Positions 10,750 to 19,803 of a stretch of 64,000 nucleotides of DNA are shown here, piece by piece. The position numbers were made by a program, and so were the translations under genes. The notes below the pieces were generated by a model that worked only from the letters and a program-made list of their open reading frames with translations, did not search any database and was not told where the DNA came from. Position 1 is the stretch's first letter; each line of letters opens with the position of its first letter. Location: positions 10,149 to 74,148 of the forward strand of contig CACZDG010000001.1 of NCBI GenBank assembly GCA_902779865.1. Direction: 5' to 3'. This DNA comes from an uncultured bacterium. Lineage in GTDB: Bacteria; Verrucomicrobiota; Kiritimatiellia; RFP12; UBA1067.

Positions 10750-12024
10750 TCAATCAAGTTTCTTTCGGATGACGCGCTTGGCCTTGCCTTCACTGCGGGG
10801 CAGGGCGCCGACGGGGAAGACGTCGCCCTTGGGGAGGAAACCGAGGCGTTCGCGGAGGTGTTTGGCCACCGTGTGACCGGTCACGCCAGGTTCGGCCTCG
10901 ACGTTGATCGTCACGTCCGTCATGCCGTTGTGCTCCTCGAGGATGATCTGGAACTCGTCCTTCACGCCCGGAATCTCCATGAGCGCCTGTTCGACCTGAC
11001 GCGGATAGAAATTGACGCCCTTGACGATCAGCATGTCGTCCGTGCGGCCGGTGATGCGGTCGATGCGGATGTGCGTGCGTCCGCACGCGCACTTCTCGCG
11101 CGAGAGGATGCGGCTGATGTCGTGCGTGCGGTAGCGGATAATCGGCATCGCCTCGCGGGCGAGCGACGTGAACACCACTTCGCCGTATTCGCCGTCGGGC
11201 ACGTTCTTGCCCGTCGCGGGGTCGATGACTTCGGTGATGTAGTAGTCGTCCCACACGTGGATGCCCGCGTGCGCGGAGCAGTCCTGTCCGGTTGTGCCGA
11301 TGCCGCCCGTCTCCGTCATGCCATAGATGTCGAAGCACTCGATGTGGAGGCGGTTCTCGATCTTCTTGCGCATCTCGTCGGAGAATGTCTCGCTGCCGAA
11401 CACGCCCACGCGCAACGACGGGATGTCGGGGTCGTTGGAGGCGTCGAGCTTCTCGATGATGCGCGGCACGTAGCTCACGACGGAGCAGAAGCCCTTCACG
11501 CGGAAGTCGCGCATGAGCTTGATCTGGCGTTCCGTGTTGCCGCTCGATGCGGGCACGCAGAAGAGGCCCGCCTTGCGGCATCCGTGGTAGCAGCCAAAGC
11601 CGCCGTTGAAGAGGCCGAACGTGGGCATGATCTGGAAGGCATCGCCCGCCTCGAGGCCGGCCATCGTGAAGCAACGCGCCATCGTGTCCGCCCACTGGTT
11701 GAGGTCGTTCTTCGTGTAGGCCATCACCACGGGCGTGCCCGTGGAGCCGCTCGACATGTGGAACTCGAGGAGTTCGCGGCGGTCCACCGTGGACATCTTG
11801 AGCGGATACGCCTCGCGGAAGTCTTCCTTGGTCAGGAAGGGGAGATTGCGCAGGTCATCGAGGCTCTTTACGTCCTCCGGACCTGACATGCCACGCTTCT
11901 GCAGCAGATTGCGCCACCATTCGCATCCCCAGACGCGACGGAGCGTTTTTTGCAGACCCTTGAGCTGGTTCGCCTCAAGGGCGTTCCTGCTCATCGTTTC
12001 AATCTCCTGATTCCAGAACTTCAT
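10750..12024 (-). CDS. paaK: phenylacetate--CoA ligase family protein (PaaK / coenzyme F390 synthetase-like)
   Basis: MKFWNQEIETMSRNALEANQLKGLQKTLRRV N-terminus and adenylate-forming motifs. Start ATG overlaps the iorB stop (ATGA). The track ORF is extended upstream over iorB. Confidence 0.85.
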   Translation of the reverse strand: MKFWNQEIETMSRNALEANQLKGLQKTLRRVWGCEWWRNLLQKRGMSGPEDVKSLDDLRNLPFLTKEDFREAYPLKMSTVDRRELLEFHMSSGSTGTPVVMAYTKNDLNQWADTMARCFTMAGLEAGDAFQIMPTFGLFNGGFGCYHGCRKAGLFCVPASSGNTERQIKLMRDFRVKGFCSVVSYVPRIIEKLDASNDPDIPSLRVGVFGSETFSDEMRKKIENRLHIECFDIYGMTETGGIGTTGQDCSAHAGIHVWDDYYITEVIDPATGKNVPDGEYGEVVFTSLAREAMPIIRYRTHDISRILSREKCACGRTHIRIDRITGRTDDMLIVKGVNFYPRQVEQALMEIPGVKDEFQIILEEHNGMTDVTINVEAEPGVTGHTVAKHLRERLGFLPKGDVFPVGALPRSEGKAKRVIRKKLD

Positions 12025-12611
12025 CCCATTACCACCTTTCGTCCGCGAGCGAACGCCTCTTTGTTGACTGGTAAAAGCTTTGCCTTCGGACCCGTGAGCA
12101 TCTGCTCCATGGCCTCGATCCACTTAGATTCTTCAAACGGCACGAGCGCTGAGAGCGCACCCGCGATCACCATGTTCATCGTGCGCGCGTTGCCAACTTC
12201 GTCCGCAATCTTTGCGGCGTCGATCATGATAACGTCGGGAAACGCCTTCGCGAGGCGTGTCTCAAAGTCAGTGACCGGCTGCTGGAGTCCGCTCGACACA
12301 GTGACGGGCACGAGGTCCACGTTGTTCATCAGCACCTTGCCGCCCTTGGCGAGGAACCCCTGCCACCGCAGGCCCTCAAGTCGGTCGAACGCCACGAGCA
12401 CGTCGCTCTGCCCCTCTGGAATGATGGGGCTGTGTACCTCGTCGCCGAAACGCACGGACGAAATCACGCTGCCGCCGCGCTGGGCCATGCCGTGGATTTC
12501 GCTCTTCTTTACGTCAAGGCCGCTCAGCGCGGCCGCGTCCGCCAGCAGATTCGCCGTGAGGAGGATTCCCTGGCCGCCCACGCCTACGAGCGATACGTTC
12601 ACAGTTTTCAT
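12021..12611 (-). CDS. iorB: indolepyruvate/2-oxoacid:ferredoxin oxidoreductase subunit beta (IorB-like)
   Basis: VSLVGVGGQGILLTANLLADAAALSGLDVKKSEIHGMAQRGGSV...SDVLVAFD is typical of IorB/gamma subunits. Confidence 0.8.
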   Translation of the reverse strand: MKTVNVSLVGVGGQGILLTANLLADAAALSGLDVKKSEIHGMAQRGGSVISSVRFGDEVHSPIIPEGQSDVLVAFDRLEGLRWQGFLAKGGKVLMNNVDLVPVTVSSGLQQPVTDFETRLAKAFPDVIMIDAAKIADEVGNARTMNMVIAGALSALVPFEESKWIEAMEQMLTGPKAKLLPVNKEAFARGRKVVMG

Positions 12612-12832
12612 TCGGCGCGCTCCACGACGAGTTCCGGATCAAGTTCGCGCAGCTTCTGCTCGATACCGCTCTTGAGCGTCATCATGGCATACGGACACGA
12701 TCCGCAATGGCCGACGAGCTTGAGCGTGACCGTCTTTCCTTCCATCTTGACGAACTCAAGGTCGCCGCCATCCGCCTGCAACATTGGACGGAGCGCCTCA
12801 AGCATCGCCTTAACCTGTTCTTCGAGCGTCAT
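12608..12832 (-). CDS. NifU-family Fe-S cluster protein (Nfu-type C-terminal domain)
   Basis: 74 aa with GHCGSCP CxxC motif and LEFVKMEGKTVTLKL, matching the Nfu/NifU C-terminal domain. ATGA overlap with iorB. Confidence 0.75.
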   Translation of the reverse strand: MTLEEQVKAMLEALRPMLQADGGDLEFVKMEGKTVTLKLVGHCGSCPYAMMTLKSGIEQKLRELDPELVVERAE

Positions 12833-12940
12833 CTATTTCTCCTAAAGGGTTAGAGAAAGTATATCATAATTTCAGCCGTTATGGAAGGGGAGATTTTTTG
12901 GTGAAAAGCGAACGTTTTTGACGGGACGGGCGTTTAACTT

Positions 12941-12970
12941 CCAAAAGGAACTTAACCAAAAGGAACTTAA
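12941..12970. repeat. perfect tandem direct repeat 2 x 15 bp (ccaaaaggaacttaa) in a divergent promoter region
   Basis: Seen directly. Contains a TTCC-N4-GGAA palindromic core. Sits between the NifU-like gene (-) and the ABC ATPase gene (+). Confidence 0.6.
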
Positions 12971-12983
12971 AAGGAAGAATGGA

Positions 12984-13712
12984 ATGGACGCATTGAAGGC
13001 TACTGGCCTCTGTAGGGCATACGGCAAGGGCGACTTGAAGACGAAGGTCTTGGATGGCTTCGACTTGACGCTCGCCCCGGGCGCATTCGAGGTGTTGATG
13101 GGGCCGTCTGGCAGCGGAAAGTCCACGTTCCTGCATGTTGCGGCGGGGCTTCTGGCGGCGGACGCAGGTACGGTTGAAATCGGCGGTACGGACGTGACAG
13201 CGCTCGGCGACGGCGCGGCGGCGAAGTTCCGCCGCCGCCACGTGGGCGTGGTGTTTCAGTCCTTCAACCTCGTCGAAACGCTCGACGTTGCCGCTAACAT
13301 TGAATTGCCAGTGCGCCTCGATCATGGGCGCACTGACGCGACACGTCTCGCGGCGCTTATCGCGAAACTTGGTTTGGATGGCAAGGAGCAGCGTCTGCCT
13401 GATGAACTTTCCGGCGGCGAGCGTCAGCGCGTGGCCATTGCACGCGCCCTCTACGCCGAACCCGACGTGGTCCTCGCCGACGAGCCCACTGGCAACCTTG
13501 ACGTTGCCGCCGCGAAGTCACTTTGCGAACTGTTGCGTACCATTCATGCGGAGGAACGCAGTGCAATCCTTCTGGTCACGCACGATCCCGTTGTGGCCGC
13601 AGCCGCCGACCGTGTACACTTCCTGAAGAACGGCAAGATTGCCGCTTCACACGATACGCCCGGACACGATCCCGCAGAAATCTCCCGCCTCTATTTGGAG
13701 ACCTACAAATGA
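12984..13712 (+). CDS. ABC transporter ATP-binding protein (MacB/LolD/FtsE-like)
   Basis: Walker A GPSGSGKST, signature LSGGERQRVAIARAL, Walker B LADEPTGNLD. AAGGAAG RBS before ATG 12984. Confidence 0.85.
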   Translation: MDALKATGLCRAYGKGDLKTKVLDGFDLTLAPGAFEVLMGPSGSGKSTFLHVAAGLLAADAGTVEIGGTDVTALGDGAAAKFRRRHVGVVFQSFNLVETLDVAANIELPVRLDHGRTDATRLAALIAKLGLDGKEQRLPDELSGGERQRVAIARALYAEPDVVLADEPTGNLDVAAAKSLCELLRTIHAEERSAILLVTHDPVVAAAADRVHFLKNGKIAASHDTPGHDPAEISRLYLETYK

Positions 13713-16048
13713 TTTTCAGCCTGATGCTCCGAGGGCTGAAACGCGGCAAGGTGCGTTTCCTGTGCGCAGTTCTCGGCATTGCCACCGCCGTCGGCGCGGT
13801 TGTATTCACGTTTTCACTCACTGCGACGAATGCCGCACAGGCACCCGCGCTCGCGAAACGCGCGGCGGCGCCGTGGGTTGCATGGCGTTTTGAGCGCATG
13901 GGACGCGATATGCGTCCAGACCTTTCGCTTGACGCGGTGTCGATGACGATTGACTATCGTCCCGGCGGACGGGTCTTGCAGGGCCCGCCGATGCGCGCGG
14001 TGCTCGCCCTCGCCCCTGCCGAGAATCCTTACGGATGCACAAAGCTGTCTGAAGGACGCTGGGTCAATCCTTCCGCTTCCGGCCTTGAGATGGTTTGCAC
14101 GCGCAACACGCTTGTGCGCTTCGGATGCGGCAAGGCACCGCCATTGGGCAGTCAGATCAAGTTCGTCGGCATGAACGGAACGATGACGGCGACGGTGGTA
14201 GGTTATCTCAACAACGCGAAACTGCCGATGGGGTGGCCAAACGTTTTCGTGAACAAGGCCGCGTTCTCGGTGCTGAAGGACGAAATGCACGGAACTGTTG
14301 CGTTCTGGAAGTCCGTGCCGGATTCTGCTCCGTCTGATTTGCTCACGGCGGATAGCGAAACCGTAGTGCGCGCCTTTACCGGAGACGAGGCAAGGCGCAT
14401 GGACTATGCGCGTCCGCTCCTTTTCGCGGCGGCGATTCTCACCGCGCTGTGTCTGCTCGTAAACTCATTGCTTCTTGCGGTGGAGTCCAATCGGCGCGTG
14501 TTGGCCACGTTGCGCACCGTTGGCCTCACGCGTGGAGGCGTGGTGGCGCTTGTGGCGACGGAATCGTTTTTCGCAACGGGCGTTGGCTGGCTTTTGGGAT
14601 GTCTTGGAGGCATCGGCTCTCTTGCGCTTTTCGTGTCGGCAGATCCCGTGGCGTTTCCTGTCGGGGCAACGTTCGCGTGGCGCGTGATGGGCGTTGCGGG
14701 CGTGATTGCTCTTGCGGTTGCGTTCGTGGCGGTGCTGTTTGCGCTGCGTCCTGCTTTGGCCGTGCGTCCGCTCGACGCGCAGGATATGCGTCCGCACCGC
14801 CGCCGTCGCGGCATGGCGATTGCCTTTGCGTGCGGGTTCGGTGCGTTCGTGGCCGTGGAGGTGTGGGGTGCGTCGCTCATGCGGGCGTTCGTGCCGTCGC
14901 AGGAGTGGCCGGACGCAATCGTGTCCATCCTTCCGGCAGGCGTGAGTTCGTTCGACATCGAGAAGCTGCGCAAGATTCCCGGCGTGAAACGCATTTCGGA
15001 GCTGATGCCGTTGCAACTCAACTTCGATCCCGAGGAGCCGATGAAGATGCCGGGGGGCGGACGCGATGGGGCGAAGTCGCCACGGGGCGGGTTCGGTCCG
15101 CGTCCTTGCCGCAACGCGTTGTTCCTTGCGGCGGAGTGGTTGCCGCAGTTCAAGTTCCTCGAAGGAACGTGGGATGGGGCCACGAACGCGGTGTTCCGCA
15201 CGGACGCCTGCGTGATTACGGAGATGATGTCTCGCGCCCGCAACTTGCACGTCGGCGACAAGTTGCGCGTATCCATCGGAGGACGCGGACCGAAGACGCC
15301 CGTCGAGTTGCCCGTAGTCGGCGTGGTTGACCTCAATTGGCACATGGTGACGAGTCGTGGTCTTGTGCGCGGGATGAATCGTGCGCCGGTAATGACTGAT
15401 GGGCCGGTGTTCGTTTCGTTCGATACGCTGGAGTCGCTTGACGCGCGTCCGGCGCCGCACGTGAAGATGACGCATCTCTGGGTTGAATACGAAGCGGGCT
15501 TCCTGAAGGAGAAGGGCGTGTTCCCAGCTGGACGCGAAGTGGAACGCGCCATTGCGCACGCATTGGAACTCGATCCCTCGAAACCCGACAACGCCTCGAC
15601 GGTGCGCCTCCACGCACGCGACGAGATTGCGGACGGAACGCTCGCGCACGGGTCTGACTTGATTGGACAAGCGGCGCGTGTGCCGTTCGTGTTCCTCGCC
15701 ATTCTCGCAATCGGCTTCATAGCTATGCTGGTGGCGGACGCCGACGCTGCGCGGCGTGAATTCGCCGTGTTGCGTGCAGTGGGCGCAACGCGAGGACAGC
15801 TCACGGCGCGTCTTGCGGGTGGTGCGCTGCGTACGGCTGTTTGGGGAATGGTGTTTGGCCTTCCGGTTGGTGCGCTTGTTGGGTGGCTTTTCTCCTTCAG
15901 CACTGGAGCGATGTGGCCGGGGTTGCCACATTATTTCGTGTTGCCAGTTCGCGTGGTGCTGGAGGGCGCGGTCGGAGCTGTCTTGTTTGCGCTTGCCTTT
16001 GCACTGCCCTCTGCGCACGTAATCGTGCGCCGCGCTACGCGCCGCTGA
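13709..16048 (+). CDS. ABC transporter permease, FtsX-like (MacB-type, double FtsX)
   Basis: Starts MIFSLMLRGLKRGKVRFLCAVLGIATAVGAVVF. Multiple TM segments and a large periplasmic loop. ATGA overlap with the ATPase gene. The track ORF is over-extended upstream. Confidence 0.75.
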   Translation: MIFSLMLRGLKRGKVRFLCAVLGIATAVGAVVFTFSLTATNAAQAPALAKRAAAPWVAWRFERMGRDMRPDLSLDAVSMTIDYRPGGRVLQGPPMRAVLALAPAENPYGCTKLSEGRWVNPSASGLEMVCTRNTLVRFGCGKAPPLGSQIKFVGMNGTMTATVVGYLNNAKLPMGWPNVFVNKAAFSVLKDEMHGTVAFWKSVPDSAPSDLLTADSETVVRAFTGDEARRMDYARPLLFAAAILTALCLLVNSLLLAVESNRRVLATLRTVGLTRGGVVALVATESFFATGVGWLLGCLGGIGSLALFVSADPVAFPVGATFAWRVMGVAGVIALAVAFVAVLFALRPALAVRPLDAQDMRPHRRRRGMAIAFACGFGAFVAVEVWGASLMRAFVPSQEWPDAIVSILPAGVSSFDIEKLRKIPGVKRISELMPLQLNFDPEEPMKMPGGGRDGAKSPRGGFGPRPCRNALFLAAEWLPQFKFLEGTWDGATNAVFRTDACVITEMMSRARNLHVGDKLRVSIGGRGPKTPVELPVVGVVDLNWHMVTSRGLVRGMNRAPVMTDGPVFVSFDTLESLDARPAPHVKMTHLWVEYEAGFLKEKGVFPAGREVERAIAHALELDPSKPDNASTVRLHARDEIADGTLAHGSDLIGQAARVPFVFLAILAIGFIAMLVADADAARREFAVLRAVGATRGQLTARLAGGALRTAVWGMVFGLPVGALVGWLFSFSTGAMWPGLPHYFVLPVRVVLEGAVGAVLFALAFALPSAHVIVRRATRR

Positions 16049-16082
16049 TTTCAATTGACGCCATCGTCACTTTGCTTGCCGC

Positions 16083-16112
16083 TTGCGCGGGAGCTGTTCT
16101 TTTTGGTATAAT
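16083..16112 (+). promoter_or_regulatory. putative sigma70 promoter TTGCGC-N18-TGgTATAAT
   Basis: -35 TTGCGC at 16083-16088. Extended -10 tgg TATAAT at 16107-16112. AAGGAAGG RBS and ATG 16140 lie downstream. Confidence 0.4.
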
Positions 16113-16139
16113 TTTTCGTGTCCAAATAAGGAAGGTCCG

Positions 16140-18707
16140 ATGATGAAAAAGGAAATGCTGAAAAAGTTTGGTGCGGCGTGTGCCGCGCTTGTCGCGATTA
16201 CGTCGTTTGGCGCGGCGGAGAGAACAACGTCCGATGTGCTCGCGCACAGATGGAGTTTCATGGGGAACGTGAAGGATTCCGTGACTGGCGTGGAGGCGAA
16301 GAGCGTTGGAAAGGCGAACCTTTCCGCGACGGCGCTTGTTCTGTCCGGCGGCAACCACGAAGCTGGGCATCTCGATCTCGGAACGAACATCATGCCCGCC
16401 GACGGCTCCGACGTCACGATTGAGATATGGGCGACGCTCCGGTCGCTCCACAGGTGGGCGCGCATCTTCGACTACGGCTCGGACAGCAAGAACTACTTCA
16501 CGATGGCGTGGAGCGAATTCGATAAGCCAGATACGGACAGCATCGAGATGTGCTGCGACGGAATGAAGCGTTCGGCCCTCAACATGCTGTGTCCGTACAA
16601 GAAGGACACGCCGTGCCACATCTCCGTTACGCTCGTGAACAACGGGAACGGTTCCACGACGATGCGCGCGATGCGCCGCAACGCGAAGACCGGCGCGATC
16701 GAGCGCGAGCATCGGCAGGTGTACAGCGGCTGGACGCTGGCGTCCCTTGTCAATCCGCGATTCCTCCTCGGCGGCTCGCAGTATGCCGTTGACGGCGACG
16801 CGGGTGCGGACTACGACGAGGTGCGCATCTGGAAGGGAGCGCTAACTGACGATCAGCTCGCCGCGAACGTCAAGGCCGGGCCGGACGCTTTGCCCGCGAA
16901 GGTGTCGGTTTCGGCTGAACGCGCCTTGAAACCGATCCCCGCGTTCATCTTTGGACAGAACATCGAACATACGCGCTCGGCGCTCCAGAGCGGACTTTCT
17001 GCGCAGCTCGTGCGGAACCGCAAGTTCGCCGGCAAACCGTCGCGCCTCGGCGTCGCTATGCTGTGGGAACCGTGCGGCTCCCAGAAGGCGTTCTACCATC
17101 AGGCGCAGGGTCTGAGCGTGACGCGCCACGCGGCGCGTAGCCGGATGCCGCGTGGGAACGAACGCGGATCGCAGGTGATAGGATGCCTCGACGAAAAAGG
17201 CGAGGCGGGCATCCGCCAGGGAGGAATCGGACTCCGTGGCGGTGTCGCGCACAACTTCAGTGCGGTGGTGAGCACGCTCCAACCCGTCGATACGCCGATC
17301 GTACTGCGCGTCAAGTTTGGCAAGGTGGTTCTTGCCGAGCGCACGTTCACGGTGAACGCTAAGAGCCGCAGCGACTGGAAGCGCATCGCGTTCGACTTTA
17401 CGGTGGAGAGGGACGTCACGGCGGAAATCTCCATCGGCGTGAAGGGGAGGAAGTATGCAGTCGTCGGCGCGGTCTCGGTGATGCCTGCGGACAACTTCCG
17501 CGGGATGCGCGCGGACGTGATCGAGAACCTGCGCGAAATCGGCACGTCCATCGTCCGCTGGCCGGGCGGCAACTTCGCGGGCGAGTACCGCTGGCGCGAC
17601 GGGCTTATCCCCGATCCCGACGAGCGCGCGCCGCTCCAGAGCTACACGGAGATCGAGTCCCAGCCGCATGGTCTCGGCTACGACCAGAACGACATCGGCA
17701 TGGAGGACATCCTCGCGCTCTGCGAGCGGATCGGCGCGCGTCCGTTCTTCACGCTCAACGCGGCGTGGGAGAGTCCGCAGGATTCCGCCGACTGGGTGAA
17801 GGCGTGCAAGGGCCGCGTGAAGCTGTGGTCGCTCGGCAACGAGATGGGCTACGGGCACATGGAGGGCCCCAAGGGCGCGAAGGGCTATACGGACATGGTG
17901 CGTCCGCACGCCGAGGCGATGCTCAAGGTCGATCCCACGCTCGAGATCACGGCGTCGGGCCCGTATCCGGGCGGCGGCGACGACTGGCTCGAGAACAGCG
18001 CACTGGCGCTCAACGCCGTCGCGCCGGTGATCTCCTACCACCGCTATGACGCGTGGGATGGCTGCATGTTCGACTACACTACGCCCGAGAGCACGGCGAA
18101 GCTGTTCGACTTCGTGTCGAAGAGCGTAGAACGTGCCGAGGCTGCGCTAACGAACTTCCGCTCGCGCCTTCCCTGGAACGTGGGCATCTCCTACGATGAA
18201 TGGAACATCTGGTACATGTGGTACCGCAGGGAGGCGATCGTCGAGGGCCTCTACGCCGCGAAGATGCTCAGCCAGATGATGCGCAACTGGGAGGCGTGGG
18301 GACTCAAGTACGTCTGCTACTTCCAACCGATCAACGAGCAGGCGATCACGGTGAGCCCATTCGAGAGCCATCTCACGTCGATCGGCGAGGCGATGCGCCT
18401 CTGGAAGGGACACGTCGGCGGCGTGCCGTCCGCGCTTCCCGACCTGCCCGAGAACGCCTTCGCCACCGACGCGCCGGACGGCTCGCGCTACGTGACGTTC
18501 TACAACTTCTCGACCGAGAAGCCCTGCACGTTCCGCATTCCGACGGACGGGCGCGGCAGGATCGTCGCGGCTGAGACGCTCGTCCCGAATGGACTTGAGA
18601 GCGGGTGCCGCTTCGCACGCAAACCCGGCACGGGCAAGGTCGTGGACGGGTTCTATGAGCTGACCCTCGGCCCTGCCAACCTCGCGAGCGTGAGGATTGC
18701 CCGTTAA
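16140..18707 (+). CDS. secreted LamG/concanavalin-like domain + GH51-like alpha-L-arabinofuranosidase
   Basis: Signal peptide MMKKEMLKKFGAACAALVAITSFGAAE. N-terminal LamG-like jelly-roll region. C-terminal GH51 motifs IVRWPGGNFAGEYRWRDG, WSLGNEMGYGHMEG and ISYDEWNIWYMWY. Confidence 0.65.
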   Translation: MMKKEMLKKFGAACAALVAITSFGAAERTTSDVLAHRWSFMGNVKDSVTGVEAKSVGKANLSATALVLSGGNHEAGHLDLGTNIMPADGSDVTIEIWATLRSLHRWARIFDYGSDSKNYFTMAWSEFDKPDTDSIEMCCDGMKRSALNMLCPYKKDTPCHISVTLVNNGNGSTTMRAMRRNAKTGAIEREHRQVYSGWTLASLVNPRFLLGGSQYAVDGDAGADYDEVRIWKGALTDDQLAANVKAGPDALPAKVSVSAERALKPIPAFIFGQNIEHTRSALQSGLSAQLVRNRKFAGKPSRLGVAMLWEPCGSQKAFYHQAQGLSVTRHAARSRMPRGNERGSQVIGCLDEKGEAGIRQGGIGLRGGVAHNFSAVVSTLQPVDTPIVLRVKFGKVVLAERTFTVNAKSRSDWKRIAFDFTVERDVTAEISIGVKGRKYAVVGAVSVMPADNFRGMRADVIENLREIGTSIVRWPGGNFAGEYRWRDGLIPDPDERAPLQSYTEIESQPHGLGYDQNDIGMEDILALCERIGARPFFTLNAAWESPQDSADWVKACKGRVKLWSLGNEMGYGHMEGPKGAKGYTDMVRPHAEAMLKVDPTLEITASGPYPGGGDDWLENSALALNAVAPVISYHRYDAWDGCMFDYTTPESTAKLFDFVSKSVERAEAALTNFRSRLPWNVGISYDEWNIWYMWYRREAIVEGLYAAKMLSQMMRNWEAWGLKYVCYFQPINEQAITVSPFESHLTSIGEAMRLWKGHVGGVPSALPDLPENAFATDAPDGSRYVTFYNFSTEKPCTFRIPTDGRGRIVAAETLVPNGLESGCRFARKPGTGKVVDGFYELTLGPANLASVRIAR

Positions 18708-19790
18708 ATGAGCGGAGGCGTTCCCAAGGCGAGTGTAATCGTTCCGTGCTGGAACGTGGAGGAATGGGTGGAGGACGCGATAAGCAGCGTCCTCCGAGGC
18801 ACGTTTAAAGACTTCGAGATTGTCGCCGTTGACGACGGTTCGACGGACGGCACGGGCGCCGTGCTTGACCGGCTTGCAATAAGTGACGCGCGCGTGCGCG
18901 TGATACATCAGCGTAATCGTGGACTATCCGGTGCTCGCAATAGCGGCCTCGATGCGGCGCAGGGCGAGTATATTTTCTTTCTTGATGGCGATGACACGTT
19001 TGCTCCGAACTTCCTTGAACTGGGCGTTGAGGAGATGGAGCAAACTGGGGCGGATTGCTGCATTTTCCCCATGCGCATTACTGATCTAGGTACGCATGAG
19101 TCACGGTTGGAACCGCTCCGGGCTGACTACCACTTTGACACGTCCAAGGCAATCCGCGATTTTTTCCTGTCGAGGTATATAGGCTACTCAATGGATCATG
19201 TGCGCCGCTGGTATGCTGGCACGCCGCTTTTCGACAACCGCGAACTTGGGAGTGTTTGCCGATGTGTTTACCGCCGTGCACTGATGGAGAAGCATAATCT
19301 ACGTTTTGACGAGCGGATTGTTTTATACGAAGATGCGCCGTTTAACTGTGAATACCTTCTCTTGTCGCAGAAAACTACGTGCAGGTCGGAACCCGTTTAC
19401 AACTATGTTCTTCACGTTGGCGGCCTCATTGCAAACCGTAATAGGTTGGTTCGCGTATTCCGAAACAAGGTGACACTGTTGCGGTGGCGACAAGATATCA
19501 ACCGTCGGGCGGGAGGTACGTTGGGCGGCGCATACGCGGCGTCGTGCGTGTTTGCGCTTCTTGAGATGTTCGCGCTCCTGCGCAACGTGCCGATCGGATG
19601 GTTGGAGGGACGGCGAATCGTGCGCGAATACGCGGCGGATTCCGAGGTGCGCGCTGCGGTGCGCGAGTTCCCGCTCTCGTGGCGTAAGCCGGTTCTTGCG
19701 CTTGCCGTGTTGGCGCTGCGGGTGTTTGGCGCGGGATTCATCTATGACGTATGCTGGACGCTGTTTGCGCCGTTCCGCCGCCGGATGTGA
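18708..19790 (+). CDS. glycosyltransferase family 2
   Basis: ASVIVPCWNVEEWVEDAISSVL...EIVAVDDGSTDGT...GLSGARNSGLDAAQGEYIFFLDGDD (DXD motif). Confidence 0.85.
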   Translation: MSGGVPKASVIVPCWNVEEWVEDAISSVLRGTFKDFEIVAVDDGSTDGTGAVLDRLAISDARVRVIHQRNRGLSGARNSGLDAAQGEYIFFLDGDDTFAPNFLELGVEEMEQTGADCCIFPMRITDLGTHESRLEPLRADYHFDTSKAIRDFFLSRYIGYSMDHVRRWYAGTPLFDNRELGSVCRCVYRRALMEKHNLRFDERIVLYEDAPFNCEYLLLSQKTTCRSEPVYNYVLHVGGLIANRNRLVRVFRNKVTLLRWRQDINRRAGGTLGGAYAASCVFALLEMFALLRNVPIGWLEGRRIVREYAADSEVRAAVREFPLSWRKPVLALAVLALRVFGAGFIYDVCWTLFAPFRRRM

Positions 19791-19797
19791 TATAATA
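19789..19797 (+). promoter_or_regulatory. extended -10 element TGaTATAAT 6 nt upstream of ATG (leaderless start for the prepilin peptidase gene)
   Basis: tgaTATAAT at 19789-19797 overlaps the GT2 stop codon. The ATG at 19804 lies at the expected transcription start. Confidence 0.4.
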
Positions 19798-19803
19798 AAC
19801 GCC

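Noticed and set aside
10790-11886. ORFs 10790..11695 (-) and 10858..11886 (+) inside the paaK gene
   Set aside because: Alternative-frame or antisense artefacts. The paaK frame carries complete adenylate-forming enzyme motifs.
12608-12984. Missing iorA upstream of iorB
   Set aside because: The only ORF there is the 74-aa NifU-like gene. There is no TPP-binding IorA-sized ORF on either strand. Its absence is reported as a finding.
14404-16054. Long minus-strand ORFs (499 and 529 aa) antisense to the FtsX permease gene
   Set aside because: Arg/Ala/Pro-rich low-complexity translations typical of antisense frames in high-GC DNA. They fully overlap a well-supported gene.
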